This document shows, one piece after another, positions 17,815 to 27,469 of a stretch of 64,000 nucleotides of DNA. The DNA comes from an uncultured Anaerolineae bacterium (GTDB lineage: Bacteria; Chloroflexota; Anaerolineae; Fen-1058): positions 11,837-75,836 of the forward strand of contig CAZYXV010000019.1 in the NCBI GenBank assembly GCA_964651475.1, given 5' to 3'. The notes under the pieces were generated by a model. That model was not told the DNA's origin, did no database searches, and was given only the letters and a program-made list of their open reading frames with translations. The first letter of the stretch is position 1. Each line of letters starts with the position of its first letter. A program made the translations under genes and the position numbers.

Positions 17815-20800
17815 ATGCACTGTCCAGCTTGTGACCAGCCTGATTTTGATCCAACTGCGCCTTGCCCTCAATGCCAATTCAGCGGCGACCCGGCCCTGGT
17901 GGAGGAACTGGCCCACGTGGACTGGGTGCTGGATCAGATAGGGGGCTGGCCCGTGTTCAACGAGGCCGACCGGCAATCTATCCGCCAGCATTACGCCGCG
18001 CGCCAGCGTGAGCTTGAAATCAACCTGGGACTGCGCCTGCCCCCCTTCACCGATGAACAAGCCGCCGCCGCGTGGCCGGAACTTGTTCAGCGCGAGGCGC
18101 TGCTCCAATACCTGGCCGAATGGCTGGAGGAAGGCTCGCTTCAACCGCCGGCGGCGCAAACACTCGTTGAACAGGTCAAGCGTCAAATCAAAGACCTGCT
18201 CGAACAACTCGAGGGGCGCGCTCGCCCCGCCTTGCATCAAACCGATTTTGGGCGACTGGACCTGATTCGCTTTCTTTTGGAAGCGGTTGACCATCTGAGC
18301 CAGAAAGATGGCTTTGCCACGCCAGAGGCGCACGCATTGGTCCGCAGCCGGCTAGAGGCCCAGCAAGAACACCTTGAAATTAACCTGGGGCTGCGTCCCG
18401 CGCCAGCGCCCGAACCCCAGCCGGCGCCGCCCGAGCCCGAACCTGCGCCGCCCGCGCCGCCGCCCGCCCCGCCCGCCGCGCCGCCCCTTCCCTTCCGCGA
18501 TAGGCTGTTGCGCACGCTGCTTTCCGTGCGCACGCTGCAAGCGCTGCTCTTTTTGGGCATCTTTTTGACCTTTTCGGCGGCGCTCTCGTTTGTGGCCTGG
18601 GGATGGCGCGACTTTTCGGCCCCGCTGCGCGTGGCCATCCCCACCGGCTTTACGGCTCTCTTTTTCGCGATGGGTTGGTACGTCCGCACGCGGACGCCTC
18701 TGTATCGCTCGGGCATCGCGCTCAGCGCGATTGCATCGCTGCTCATTCCCATAGACTTTTACACGCTTTACGCCAACCTGAACATCTCGGCCGATTATGG
18801 GCCATCGTTCTGGCTGCTGACCTCGCTGGCCTGCCTGGCCGCCTACATTGTGACCACGCTGATTATCCAGAACCCGCTTTTCGGCTACCTGGTGGGCGTG
18901 GCCGCCGGCAGCACGGTGCTGGCCCTCATCCAGGTGGCGCACCAGGCTCTTGGCTTCTCGCTCGATTGGCGCACGGCGGGGCTATCGGCGCTGGCGCTGT
19001 GTTTCACCGTGCTATCGGCGCGGCGCTCGTCGCCCCGCCTGCCGCGCGTGTTCGCCGACCCGCTCCGCGCGCTGGCCCTGCTGGCGATGGGCGTGTTGAT
19101 GCCGCTGAGCTTTGGCTGGCGCTACATTGGCCGCAGCGCGTACGACACACTCCATTATGCCATGACAATCAACTGGTGGGTGGGCGGGTTCATCTTTGGA
19201 TGGGGGGCGGTGTACCACCGCAGCCGCAGCCTGGGGATACTGGCGGCAATGACGCTGCCCATCGCCACGTATATGGCCCAGGCCGCGCTCTTTGACTGGC
19301 GCGAGATTAATCCCGCGTGGCACGCGTTTGGATGGGCCTGCCTCGTGCCGCTTTATTTCGTCGTCGGCCATAGATTGCTGGCCCGTAAAGAGGACACTGT
19401 TCTGTATGGGCACGGGCGGACGGCAACGGGATGGGGCGCGGCGCTGCTCATCGCCGCGGCTTTGTGGTCCCTCACCGAGTTTAGCAGCGGCGCTGCGGCG
19501 GCCTGCAGCCACGCGGTCCTGGCCGGATCGGTGGTTTTGGCAACGCGATTGTGGCGGCGTCCCGCGTATCTTTACGGCGCGTCGCTTTTATCGTTTTCGG
19601 CCCTCACCTTTGCCCTCACCGAGTTGAACCTGAACCTGTCTCAACTCACGCCCGGCTGGGCCGCGCTTGCCATCGCGCACATGCTGATTGCCATTCGCCT
19701 CCGAGACGCCTCGGCGCAAGGGCAGGCCGGCGCGCCCTCTTTTTTTGCCACGCCGCTCGTGACGGCTGCCTACGCCCTGGCTGCCCTGGCAATCGCGCAG
19801 GCGCTCGCGCCTTACGATGGCGACAGTGTGGCGTATGTGTTGGGCAACTGGCTGGGGCTGGCGGCCTGGGGCGCGTGGCTGGCGCACACAGGACAGCCCG
19901 GTTTTGCCGCCTCCCCCCCTTCGCGCTCCACGTTTTTTTCACGCGTGCTATATGATTTTAGACGCTCCCGCTTTCATTGGTTCACGGCCTTGCCCCTGCC
20001 CGTGTGGCTGTGGGTCTTGTTTTCCAATCGCGGGCCGCTGGATTCCAGCTTTCCAATCGCGCTGGCCGTTTTAGCCTGGGGGCTGGGGGCGCTCAGTTAC
20101 CGGCTCGAACGGGTCGAGAGCGCGTATGGCCTGCCGTGGTACCTGATGGAATTGCTCGTCAGCATCGCCGCGCCGCTGGCAGCCTGGCTCGTCGCGCCGG
20201 AGGGTTTCACGCCGGCGTTGTGCTTGCTGGCGGTTGGCCTGCTTTACTTTGCGGACGCCGCCGCCAACCGGCAAACGATCGAGCTGTTGCCGGGCGGATT
20301 GGTGACGGCCTGGGGGCTGGAACGCTTGCTGGACAAGCTGCGCGTTTCTTTTGACGCCACAACCCTCATCCTGGCGCTGCTCGTGGCCGCGTACATTCTG
20401 GGCGCGCTGTGGATCGAGCGCAAGAAATCGCCCGTCTTTACCCATCGCTTCTTGATTCCGCTTTACCTGTCAGCCCACTTGATCAGCCTGGCCGTGCTGT
20501 GGCGGATTTACGTCCATCCCATCAACGACGTCTTGCGCGATATTGCATGGACGGACGAGATGCGCGCGTGGGGCGCGGCCGGCCAGATCGTGCTGGGCAT
20601 CGTTTACGGCCTGTACGCCTGGGGCATTTACAAAGAGCACTGGGCGCACGCGGCGGCGTGGCTGCTCATGGGCGGCGGGGGATTCGTGGCGATTGCCTAT
20701 AGCCAGGGGCGCGGCTCGTCGGCGGCCAAAGGCGCGCTGGCTGTGATCGCCTTTATCCTGGCCGAGCGCGCGCTGCACTGGCTCCGCGGGCGTCCCCTCC

Positions 20801-23694
20801 TCCACCGGACCAGGCGCACTGAAAGACGATGGCAGGCGATTTTCAGGCTGGCGTGGCGGCTGTATCGTCGTCCGCTGCTGGCAAGCGGGTGGATCGCTTC
20901 CGCCGGCGTTATCGGGCTGGCGCTGGTGCGCAACCTGTGGCTCTTGGGCGGGGGACGTATCCAGCAAACCTGGGCGGCGATTGGCCTGGCGCTGATCACG
21001 GGCCTGTACGCTCTTTCGGCGCGGCTGTTCCGGCAGGCGCGCTTTGTATGGATGGCGGCGGTGCTCGTCTTTGCGCCGTGGACGATCTTGACCAACCTGG
21101 GCTGGTTCGTTTTGCACAAGCCCACCACGCCGGGTTTCGCGCTCAGTTGGGTCGTGCTGGCGTGGGCGCTCTTTTTAGTCGGCCTGCTCGTGCAGCGCGC
21201 CACCCGTCCTTCGGCAAGCTCAGGACACCACCGCATCCACACAGGGGCGTATGCCCTGCCGCTCAGGACCGTGGCGCACGTCTTGCTGCCTCTTTCGCTC
21301 TTGTGGGGCATTGCCGACGTGAACACCAGCCGGATAACGTTCGCCCTGGCGATTGGGTTTTATACGCTGGCGGCCATACTTGATTACGTTGAAAGGGAAC
21401 CGGATCGGGCGGGGCAGGTTGTAAACCGGACGAAATTCCTTTACCCGGCGTTGGGCCTGATTCCCGTGTGGTGCGTTTACGTGTTGCGCTGGCTGCTGCC
21501 TGCGGCGCGCCACGAACATTACGGCCTGATGCTCCTGGTGTTTGGCCCGCTCGGAGTAGCCGCCGGCCAATCCCTCGAACGCTTTATCCTCGCCAGGAAA
21601 TCGAGCCTTCCAAATGTCCGCCAGCTTGCCGGCGGCTATGCCCTGCCGGCTTATCTCACAGGCTATATCTCGCTCATCGTCGGCACGATGCTGGTAGCGC
21701 ACCAGCCAGCGCTCCTGGCGCTGACGCTGCTCTACGATGCGCTGCTCGCGCTGGTTTCCGCCCGCATCTTCAGGCATCCACTATGGGTCTATCCGGCGGT
21801 CGCCCTGACGCCGCTCTCGCTCCTGATCGCGCTGAACCAGGCCGGCGTGGCCGGCAATCGTCATGGGTGGTGGTTGATCGGGCTGGGCGCGGTGTACCTG
21901 GGCCTGACGTGGGCGCTGCGCCGGCTCAAATCAGGCGCGTACAGCACGGCCACGCTGGCAAGCGGCTTTGCGCTGATTGCTTTAGGCTTGCCGCCCTCGA
22001 GCCAGGATAAAGACGGCGCACTGTGGGGCTACGGCGGCGCGGCGCTGCTGTACGCCGTCACCGCGTTTTGGCTGCGCCAGCCCTTGCTGTTGACCCCCGC
22101 CTGCGCGCTGGCCATCGTGCCTTACGCGATCGTGATTCAACGCTCGCCCCTCGCGCCGGACTATTACGGATTGGCGCTGTTTCCCGGCGCAGCGGCGGCG
22201 CTGGCGCTGGGTTGGCGGCTCGACGCCGGCTGGCGAGATTTTCCGTGGGGCCATCCGCCTAAATGGGGATTGGCGCTGGGCGAGCGTTTGCTGAATTGGT
22301 GGGCGCTGCCGCTCTACGCGCTGGGCTTTGGCCTGACAGCGGCCAGCCCCTTGTTCACACACTCCCGCGCAGGTCTAACGGCCCTCAACCTGGCGCTGAT
22401 GATGCCGCTGTTTGGATGGGCTATCTATCGCTTCCGGCTGCGCGGCTGGCTCCTGGCGCTGGCCGCGGCGGGACACCTGGCCGCGCTGTACTTTCTTAAA
22501 GAGTTGGGCTGGTGGCGCTATCCGCCGTATGCCTGGGCCAGATTCTTGCCGGTCACGCTGGCGGCGGCGGGAGCTGGCATGCTCATCGAATGGCGGCGCG
22601 AGGAAGGCTCGCCGCTTCACCCGGCGCGCCTCCTGGCGGGATGGTCGCGCCCGCTGTACGGCCTGGCGCTGCTCGACGTTATCGTGAGCCAACTGGCAAG
22701 CCTGGGCGGCACGAGCGATGGGGCGCTCGTCACCCTGACGCACGCGCTGCTAATCGCCGCGCTGGCCTCGTTTTGGATATCCGGCTCGCTGCCTTTTCTC
22801 AGCACGGCGTTGGGCATTGTAGCATTGCTGCAATGGCTTTTTACCCTGCGCGGCCTAATGGAAGGATTGCCGGTGGCGCTGGCGCAATTGGCGCTGGCGT
22901 ATGGATTGGTCGGCTACGGGTTGGCGTTCGCGCGCAAGCGGCCCGGCGCTGCCAGCCCCCGGCTCTGGATTTGGGAGACGCCCCTGATACAATCGGGCCT
23001 GTGGTTATCTTTTGCCATCCTGGTAATCACAGCCATATTTGGCATTGACCTGGTAGGGTGGACCCTCCGCGCCATGCTTGGTTTTTCTTTCCGAGACATT
23101 GTCGAACTAGAAACCGTGCGAATGATAGTTGGCGTGCTGGCCTTGTTAGGGCTGCTCTACGTGGGCGCGGCCTTTACGTATCGCCGCGTGCGGCTGGGAT
23201 ACGCGGCGATTGGGATGCTGTTGGCCGCCTGGATCACGCACGCCTTTTACGTCCAGCAGTGGGATGGCGCGGCGCACGTGCAGTGGTACGCCGTGCCGGC
23301 GGGACTGTACCTGGCTGGCGTGGCTTTTGTGGAATGGCAGCGCGGCAACAAGACCTTTTCTCGGTGGCTCGATTACGCGGCGCTGGCGTTGATGATGAGC
23401 TCGCTCTTTTGGCAGACGCTGCTCTTTGGCTGGCGCTACGCCCTCATGCTGGGCGCGGAGGGCTTTGCGTCTTTTTGGTGGGGCAGCGCCCGGCGGCTGC
23501 GCCGCTTTCTATACGCCGGCATGCTGGGCGTGGTGCTGGCGACTGTGGCGCAATTGATCAACTCGCTGCAATCCATCAACCAATGGATCGTCTTTGGGCT
23601 GATTGGACTGCTGGCGATTGCGGCCGCCGTGCTGATCGAGCGCAAGCTGGAAGAAATCAAGGCGTGGCTAGAAGTGTTGGAGACGTGGGAGTGA
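17815..23694 (+). CDS. Giant (1959 aa) polytopic integral membrane protein with N-terminal zinc ribbon, helical/Pro-rich linker and roughly 50 predicted TM helices; function unknown
   Basis: MHCPACDQPDFDPTAPCPQCQF zinc ribbon; PAPEPQPAPPEPEPAPPAPPPAPPAAPP linker; remainder dominated by hydrophobic Leu/Ala/Trp-rich helices. Confidence 0.6.
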   Translation: MHCPACDQPDFDPTAPCPQCQFSGDPALVEELAHVDWVLDQIGGWPVFNEADRQSIRQHYAARQRELEINLGLRLPPFTDEQAAAAWPELVQREALLQYLAEWLEEGSLQPPAAQTLVEQVKRQIKDLLEQLEGRARPALHQTDFGRLDLIRFLLEAVDHLSQKDGFATPEAHALVRSRLEAQQEHLEINLGLRPAPAPEPQPAPPEPEPAPPAPPPAPPAAPPLPFRDRLLRTLLSVRTLQALLFLGIFLTFSAALSFVAWGWRDFSAPLRVAIPTGFTALFFAMGWYVRTRTPLYRSGIALSAIASLLIPIDFYTLYANLNISADYGPSFWLLTSLACLAAYIVTTLIIQNPLFGYLVGVAAGSTVLALIQVAHQALGFSLDWRTAGLSALALCFTVLSARRSSPRLPRVFADPLRALALLAMGVLMPLSFGWRYIGRSAYDTLHYAMTINWWVGGFIFGWGAVYHRSRSLGILAAMTLPIATYMAQAALFDWREINPAWHAFGWACLVPLYFVVGHRLLARKEDTVLYGHGRTATGWGAALLIAAALWSLTEFSSGAAAACSHAVLAGSVVLATRLWRRPAYLYGASLLSFSALTFALTELNLNLSQLTPGWAALAIAHMLIAIRLRDASAQGQAGAPSFFATPLVTAAYALAALAIAQALAPYDGDSVAYVLGNWLGLAAWGAWLAHTGQPGFAASPPSRSTFFSRVLYDFRRSRFHWFTALPLPVWLWVLFSNRGPLDSSFPIALAVLAWGLGALSYRLERVESAYGLPWYLMELLVSIAAPLAAWLVAPEGFTPALCLLAVGLLYFADAAANRQTIELLPGGLVTAWGLERLLDKLRVSFDATTLILALLVAAYILGALWIERKKSPVFTHRFLIPLYLSAHLISLAVLWRIYVHPINDVLRDIAWTDEMRAWGAAGQIVLGIVYGLYAWGIYKEHWAHAAAWLLMGGGGFVAIAYSQGRGSSAAKGALAVIAFILAERALHWLRGRPLLHRTRRTERRWQAIFRLAWRLYRRPLLASGWIASAGVIGLALVRNLWLLGGGRIQQTWAAIGLALITGLYALSARLFRQARFVWMAAVLVFAPWTILTNLGWFVLHKPTTPGFALSWVVLAWALFLVGLLVQRATRPSASSGHHRIHTGAYALPLRTVAHVLLPLSLLWGIADVNTSRITFALAIGFYTLAAILDYVEREPDRAGQVVNRTKFLYPALGLIPVWCVYVLRWLLPAARHEHYGLMLLVFGPLGVAAGQSLERFILARKSSLPNVRQLAGGYALPAYLTGYISLIVGTMLVAHQPALLALTLLYDALLALVSARIFRHPLWVYPAVALTPLSLLIALNQAGVAGNRHGWWLIGLGAVYLGLTWALRRLKSGAYSTATLASGFALIALGLPPSSQDKDGALWGYGGAALLYAVTAFWLRQPLLLTPACALAIVPYAIVIQRSPLAPDYYGLALFPGAAAALALGWRLDAGWRDFPWGHPPKWGLALGERLLNWWALPLYALGFGLTAASPLFTHSRAGLTALNLALMMPLFGWAIYRFRLRGWLLALAAAGHLAALYFLKELGWWRYPPYAWARFLPVTLAAAGAGMLIEWRREEGSPLHPARLLAGWSRPLYGLALLDVIVSQLASLGGTSDGALVTLTHALLIAALASFWISGSLPFLSTALGIVALLQWLFTLRGLMEGLPVALAQLALAYGLVGYGLAFARKRPGAASPRLWIWETPLIQSGLWLSFAILVITAIFGIDLVGWTLRAMLGFSFRDIVELETVRMIVGVLALLGLLYVGAAFTYRRVRLGYAAIGMLLAAWITHAFYVQQWDGAAHVQWYAVPAGLYLAGVAFVEWQRGNKTFSRWLDYAALALMMSSLFWQTLLFGWRYALMLGAEGFASFWWGSARRLRRFLYAGMLGVVLATVAQLINSLQSINQWIVFGLIGLLAIAAAVLIERKLEEIKAWLEVLETWE

Positions 23695-23698
23695 GGCG

Positions 23699-25012
23699 AT
23701 GAAAATGGCAAACGGCCCCATGCCAACCTGGTTGAAGCAAGCGATTTTGGGCGCCGCTTTGCTCCTGGCGCTGCCGGGGCTGCCGGCGCTGGTGGGAACG
23801 TGCTGCGTGGCGTTGATGCTGGCGGCGGACGGGAGCCGCGAAGCGCCGAGTGTGGGCGTGGCCAGCCTGACGTTTGCGGCCGTGACGCTTGGAGCGGGCG
23901 GCGCGGTGGGCTGGCACGCGTTGCGCTCGCTGCGCGGCAAACCCTCCAGGCTGCTGCGCCTGCCGCCCGCCTGGGCACTGGCCGGGCTGTTCGGATTTTT
24001 CGTGGCCGTGGGGCTGCTTGTTTCCAGCGCCAACCTTGCCCCCGGATTCTTTTTCCCGCCCATCTTGTTGGTGGCCGCCAGCCTGCCGCCGCTGCTGGCC
24101 GTCTCGTGGTTTACCCCCATGCAGTCGCGGGGGTTCACACGCATGGAGGCAGATGGACTCACCTGGCGGCGCGGCGTGGTGGCTTTTGCCGGCGGCGCCA
24201 CGGTCAGCGTGGCGATTGCGCTCGTGCTGGAAACACTGCTGCCCGTGATCTTTATGGCGCTGATTTCCAACTTGTACGGCGCCGTCACCAAGAGCGTGCA
24301 GGTCCTGTTCGACGCGCTGGCCGGCCAGGAAATCGCCTCGGCCATCACCAGCCGCGGCTTTATATACGTTTTCGTGCAAATCGCCGTCGTCGCGCCGATG
24401 GCGGAAGAACTGGCCAAGCCGCTGGTCACGCTGCCGCTGGTGGGCCGCCTTTCGCGCCGAGACGCCTTTCTGGCGGCGGCCATGGCCGGGGCCGGATTTG
24501 CCGCGCTGGAAAATGTGATTTATGCCGGGCTGGGGTTCTATTTCTGGGCCGGCATCTTGATCGTGCGGGCGGTGGGCGGCGCGATTCACCCGCTGGGCGC
24601 GGGGCTGGTGGGCCTGGGCTGGCGCGACGTTTTGAGGGGCGAGCCGCGCGCCTGGCCCAGGTGGCTGGTCCGCTTTGGCGCGGCGGCCGGCATGCACGCG
24701 CTGTGGAACGGCGGCTCGCTGCTGGTCATCACGCTGGCCGGGGCGCGTTTTTTTGGCGAGCTGCCCCCCGAGATTGACGTGCTGGGGCTGTCGGCGGCGG
24801 GGACGACGCTGGCGTTACTGATCGTGCTGGGACTGGCCGCCCTGTGGATGGGGCGCGCCATCGCGCAGCGCTCCATGGCCGCCGCCCCCGAGCTTGCACC
24901 TACAGACATTGAATTTACGCTTTCGGATCGGGCCGCGGCGATTTGGGCGCTGGCCTGCCTGGCGGCGATTGTGCCGGCGGGAATCGCCGGCTTGCAGTTG
25001 TTGATGCGCTAA
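23699..25012 (+). CDS. PrsW-family (M82-like) intramembrane protease homolog
   Basis: Multi-TM protein with EExxK (MAEELAKP) and HxxxN (MHALWNGG) motifs characteristic of PrsW-like proteases; 4-bp gap from the upstream gene. Confidence 0.5.
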   Translation: MKMANGPMPTWLKQAILGAALLLALPGLPALVGTCCVALMLAADGSREAPSVGVASLTFAAVTLGAGGAVGWHALRSLRGKPSRLLRLPPAWALAGLFGFFVAVGLLVSSANLAPGFFFPPILLVAASLPPLLAVSWFTPMQSRGFTRMEADGLTWRRGVVAFAGGATVSVAIALVLETLLPVIFMALISNLYGAVTKSVQVLFDALAGQEIASAITSRGFIYVFVQIAVVAPMAEELAKPLVTLPLVGRLSRRDAFLAAAMAGAGFAALENVIYAGLGFYFWAGILIVRAVGGAIHPLGAGLVGLGWRDVLRGEPRAWPRWLVRFGAAAGMHALWNGGSLLVITLAGARFFGELPPEIDVLGLSAAGTTLALLIVLGLAALWMGRAIAQRSMAAAPELAPTDIEFTLSDRAAAIWALACLAAIVPAGIAGLQLLMR

Positions 25013-25014
25013 AG

Positions 25015-25569
25015 ATGAAGCAGTTAGCTAGTTTTCTCAAGCGACCCAACTTTTGGATAGCGGCCATTCTAATCGTGGCCAATCTCTATGCCTGGGGAAA
25101 AATGCTGTCATCCAGGGCAGCGGCTTATACCGTCGAGCCGATCCGCGACCCCGAGATCGAGACGCTGCTGGAATACATTCGTTCCGGCGACCATTCAGGC
25201 GAAAGCTGGCAGGTCACGCTCACCCAGTTGGAAGCCGAGCAAACCATCACGTGGTACCTGGAACGCTACCCACAAATTCCTTTCGAGTCTCCCCGCGTGC
25301 GCATCACGCCGGATTACGTGGGGGGCGAAGGCGACGCCACGCTGGCCGGGCTGCGTGTGCACGTGGGCGGCAAGGCGCGCATCACGCTGGCGAACGGCCT
25401 GCCGGTGGTCAACATCCTCGAATTGAGCATCCCCCTCCCCGGCCCCATCCGCCAGGCCATCGAAGACGAAATCCAGACACAATTGCAGCGCGCCGAGCTG
25501 CTGCCGGTGCGCTTTATCTCGGCGGAATGGTTCGACGGCCAGGTGATCGTAAAGGGAACGATACGCTGA
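25015..25569 (+). CDS. Small membrane-anchored hypothetical protein
   Basis: MKQLASFLKRPNFWIAAILIVANLYAWG N-terminal TM helix; immediately follows the PrsW-like gene. Confidence 0.4.
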   Translation: MKQLASFLKRPNFWIAAILIVANLYAWGKMLSSRAAAYTVEPIRDPEIETLLEYIRSGDHSGESWQVTLTQLEAEQTITWYLERYPQIPFESPRVRITPDYVGGEGDATLAGLRVHVGGKARITLANGLPVVNILELSIPLPGPIRQAIEDEIQTQLQRAELLPVRFISAEWFDGQVIVKGTIR

Positions 25570-25574
25570 CTGTC

Positions 25575-27326
25575 TTACCTTCCCGGAAGCTCTGAGCTTC
25601 CGGGAAGGTTTGCGCCGATTTCGCTCTGCAAGATGCAGCGCAATATGCGGCGCAAGATGGCCACGGCGCAGGCATACGAAGCATCCATCCCAAAATACAA
25701 CAGGCTCTTGGAAAGCAGCTCTTGCCGGCGGCTGTAGGGCGTATCCGACGCATAGTGCAAAAAGCCAATGTCGTAGCGCGCCAGCAAAAACAGGTTGACG
25801 ATCTCGTTGACGGGATGGCGCTTGGGCGCCAGGTCCTCGTACACCGCGCTGAGATAAGGCCCGGCCTCCATCTCGATATCGGTATAGCCCTCGCTATAGA
25901 ACACGTGCATAAACTCGCGGTTTTGCAGGAACGTGCCGCGCACGGTGACGGCCTTTTGATTGTCGAACACAGTGCCGTAGCGCAAATACGGCGCGACGTC
26001 GTCGGCGGCAAAGCAATTGCGGAACAGGTACGTGTTTTGCGAGTGCTGGTCGTACGCCACGTTGGGAATCATCACGTCGCCCACGCGCCCGTTGAGCGTG
26101 GCTGCCTTGCCCATCACGTACACCCCCGCCAGCTCCGAGGCAAAAGAAGCCACCTCGGTGAGAATGTTGTACGCCGCCGCGCCCAACGGATAATCAATGT
26201 TGACAATCACGGCGCGGCTGTCTTGCAGGCGCTCTAGGCCGGGCATGTGCAAGCGCGCGTCAAAGCGGGCCGGGTCGAGCCGGTTCAACTCGATCACCTG
26301 GGCATCCACATCCAGGTACGATTGCGCGCCGGCGTACCACACGCCGTGCTCGCGCTCAAACTCCAGGCAGGCGCGTAGTTCGTCCTGGCGGCCGGGCCGG
26401 CGCAAGTGCTGGCGCAGCAAGTAATAGAGCAGGTTATCCAGGCGGCCCGGCGCGCCTTCGCTCTGCGCCGCACTGACCTCGGCGCGCAGGTTTTCGGGGT
26501 CGTGCTCGTCCAGCGCGGCGATCAGATCGTCCTGCCGCTGGCGAGCGTATCCCACCAGCAAATTCACCAGGCTGTGAGGGTTGCTGGAAACAAAATACAC
26601 AGGCCGTTCGCACACGTCCACGCCGGGCGCCTGATCCAGCACGGCGTCCCACCAGCCGCGCGTGGCCTTGCGGTAATCGTTGGCCGAGCCGGCCAGCAGG
26701 CGCACCGCCATACGCTTGGGCGCGCGGGCAATGGCGCGCAAGGTGTCCCACAACGCCTCTTTCCACAGCGCCGCCAGCCGCGCAAAATCGCGCTCAGAAA
26801 GCCCCAACTCGTTTCTCACCAGCACGTGATCCTCGGCAGTGAGCGCGGCCTTTTCCAGGGTGGCCCTGGCCTGAGAATTGACCAGGCGCGTGTGCAGCTT
26901 GTTCCACTCGATTTCAAACGTGACCAGTTGCGGAATCAGATCGTCAATATCCGACACGCTGGCAATGTACGCCGCCAGCCGGTCTTGCCCATCAAAGAAC
27001 ATCCGGCGGCGGCGGGCCGGCGAGGCCGCCGCTTGCCACTGTTCCACGTCGGCGTAACCGCGCCGTGCAAACACCTCGCGCGATTGCCCCAGCAGCACCA
27101 GCCGCGTTTGAGCCAGGCAAGCCGGCAAACGCTGCACAACATAGATGAACGCGCCAACGTCCGGCTCGGGTTCGTCCGCCCCGGCGTGCAAGCTGGAATT
27201 CATCGAGCGGTGCGTTTCTTCCAGGCTGCGCACCTGTACCTCGCCGCTGGAGCGCAGCAGCGAATAGTAAGTGCGGATATACAGGTCAATCGAATCGCTG
27301 GTTGGCGAAGGCACGCGACGGTCCAT
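25575..27326 (-). CDS. Hypothetical protein with C-terminal nucleoside-phosphorylase-like (PNP/UDP family) domain
   Basis: C-terminal ...GYTDIEMEAGPYLSAVYE resembles the (V/I)EME(S/A)AA motif of the PNP_UDP_1 family; N-terminal ~350 aa has no recognised motif. Confidence 0.35.
   Translation of the reverse strand: MDRRVPSPTSDSIDLYIRTYYSLLRSSGEVQVRSLEETHRSMNSSLHAGADEPEPDVGAFIYVVQRLPACLAQTRLVLLGQSREVFARRGYADVEQWQAAASPARRRRMFFDGQDRLAAYIASVSDIDDLIPQLVTFEIEWNKLHTRLVNSQARATLEKAALTAEDHVLVRNELGLSERDFARLAALWKEALWDTLRAIARAPKRMAVRLLAGSANDYRKATRGWWDAVLDQAPGVDVCERPVYFVSSNPHSLVNLLVGYARQRQDDLIAALDEHDPENLRAEVSAAQSEGAPGRLDNLLYYLLRQHLRRPGRQDELRACLEFEREHGVWYAGAQSYLDVDAQVIELNRLDPARFDARLHMPGLERLQDSRAVIVNIDYPLGAAAYNILTEVASFASELAGVYVMGKAATLNGRVGDVMIPNVAYDQHSQNTYLFRNCFAADDVAPYLRYGTVFDNQKAVTVRGTFLQNREFMHVFYSEGYTDIEMEAGPYLSAVYEDLAPKRHPVNEIVNLFLLARYDIGFLHYASDTPYSRRQELLSKSLLYFGMDASYACAVAILRRILRCILQSEIGANLPGSSELPGR
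25578..25608. repeat. 31-bp palindrome CCTTCCCGGAAGCTC-T-GAGCTTCCGGGAAGG (copy 2); likely bidirectional terminator between convergent genes
   Basis: Differs from the copy at 17707 by one symmetric pair (T/C, A/G) plus the centre base; lies between stop codons at 25569(+) and 25575(-). Confidence 0.6.
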
Positions 27327-27396
27327 AAGCCCTCCTGTTGATTGTGTTTTATTCTACCACGTATTGCGCGGCGCGTAATTCCATAGCACACAGCAC

Positions 27397-27461
27397 GTTT
27401 GACGTTTCACGCCTGACGTTTGACATTTCACGCTTTACGTTTTGGGCTTTACGTTCTATAA
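27397..27461 (+). promoter_or_regulatory. Promoter region of the PBP2-like gene: tandem ~21-bp direct repeats plus a -10 TATAAT 8 nt before the ATG (probably leaderless or SD-less)
   Basis: TTTGACGTTTCACGCCTGACG / TTTGACATTTCACGCTTTACG tandem repeats; TATAAT at 27456-27461; no Shine-Dalgarno before ATG 27470. Confidence 0.35.
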
Positions 27462-27469
27462 TCACCCCT

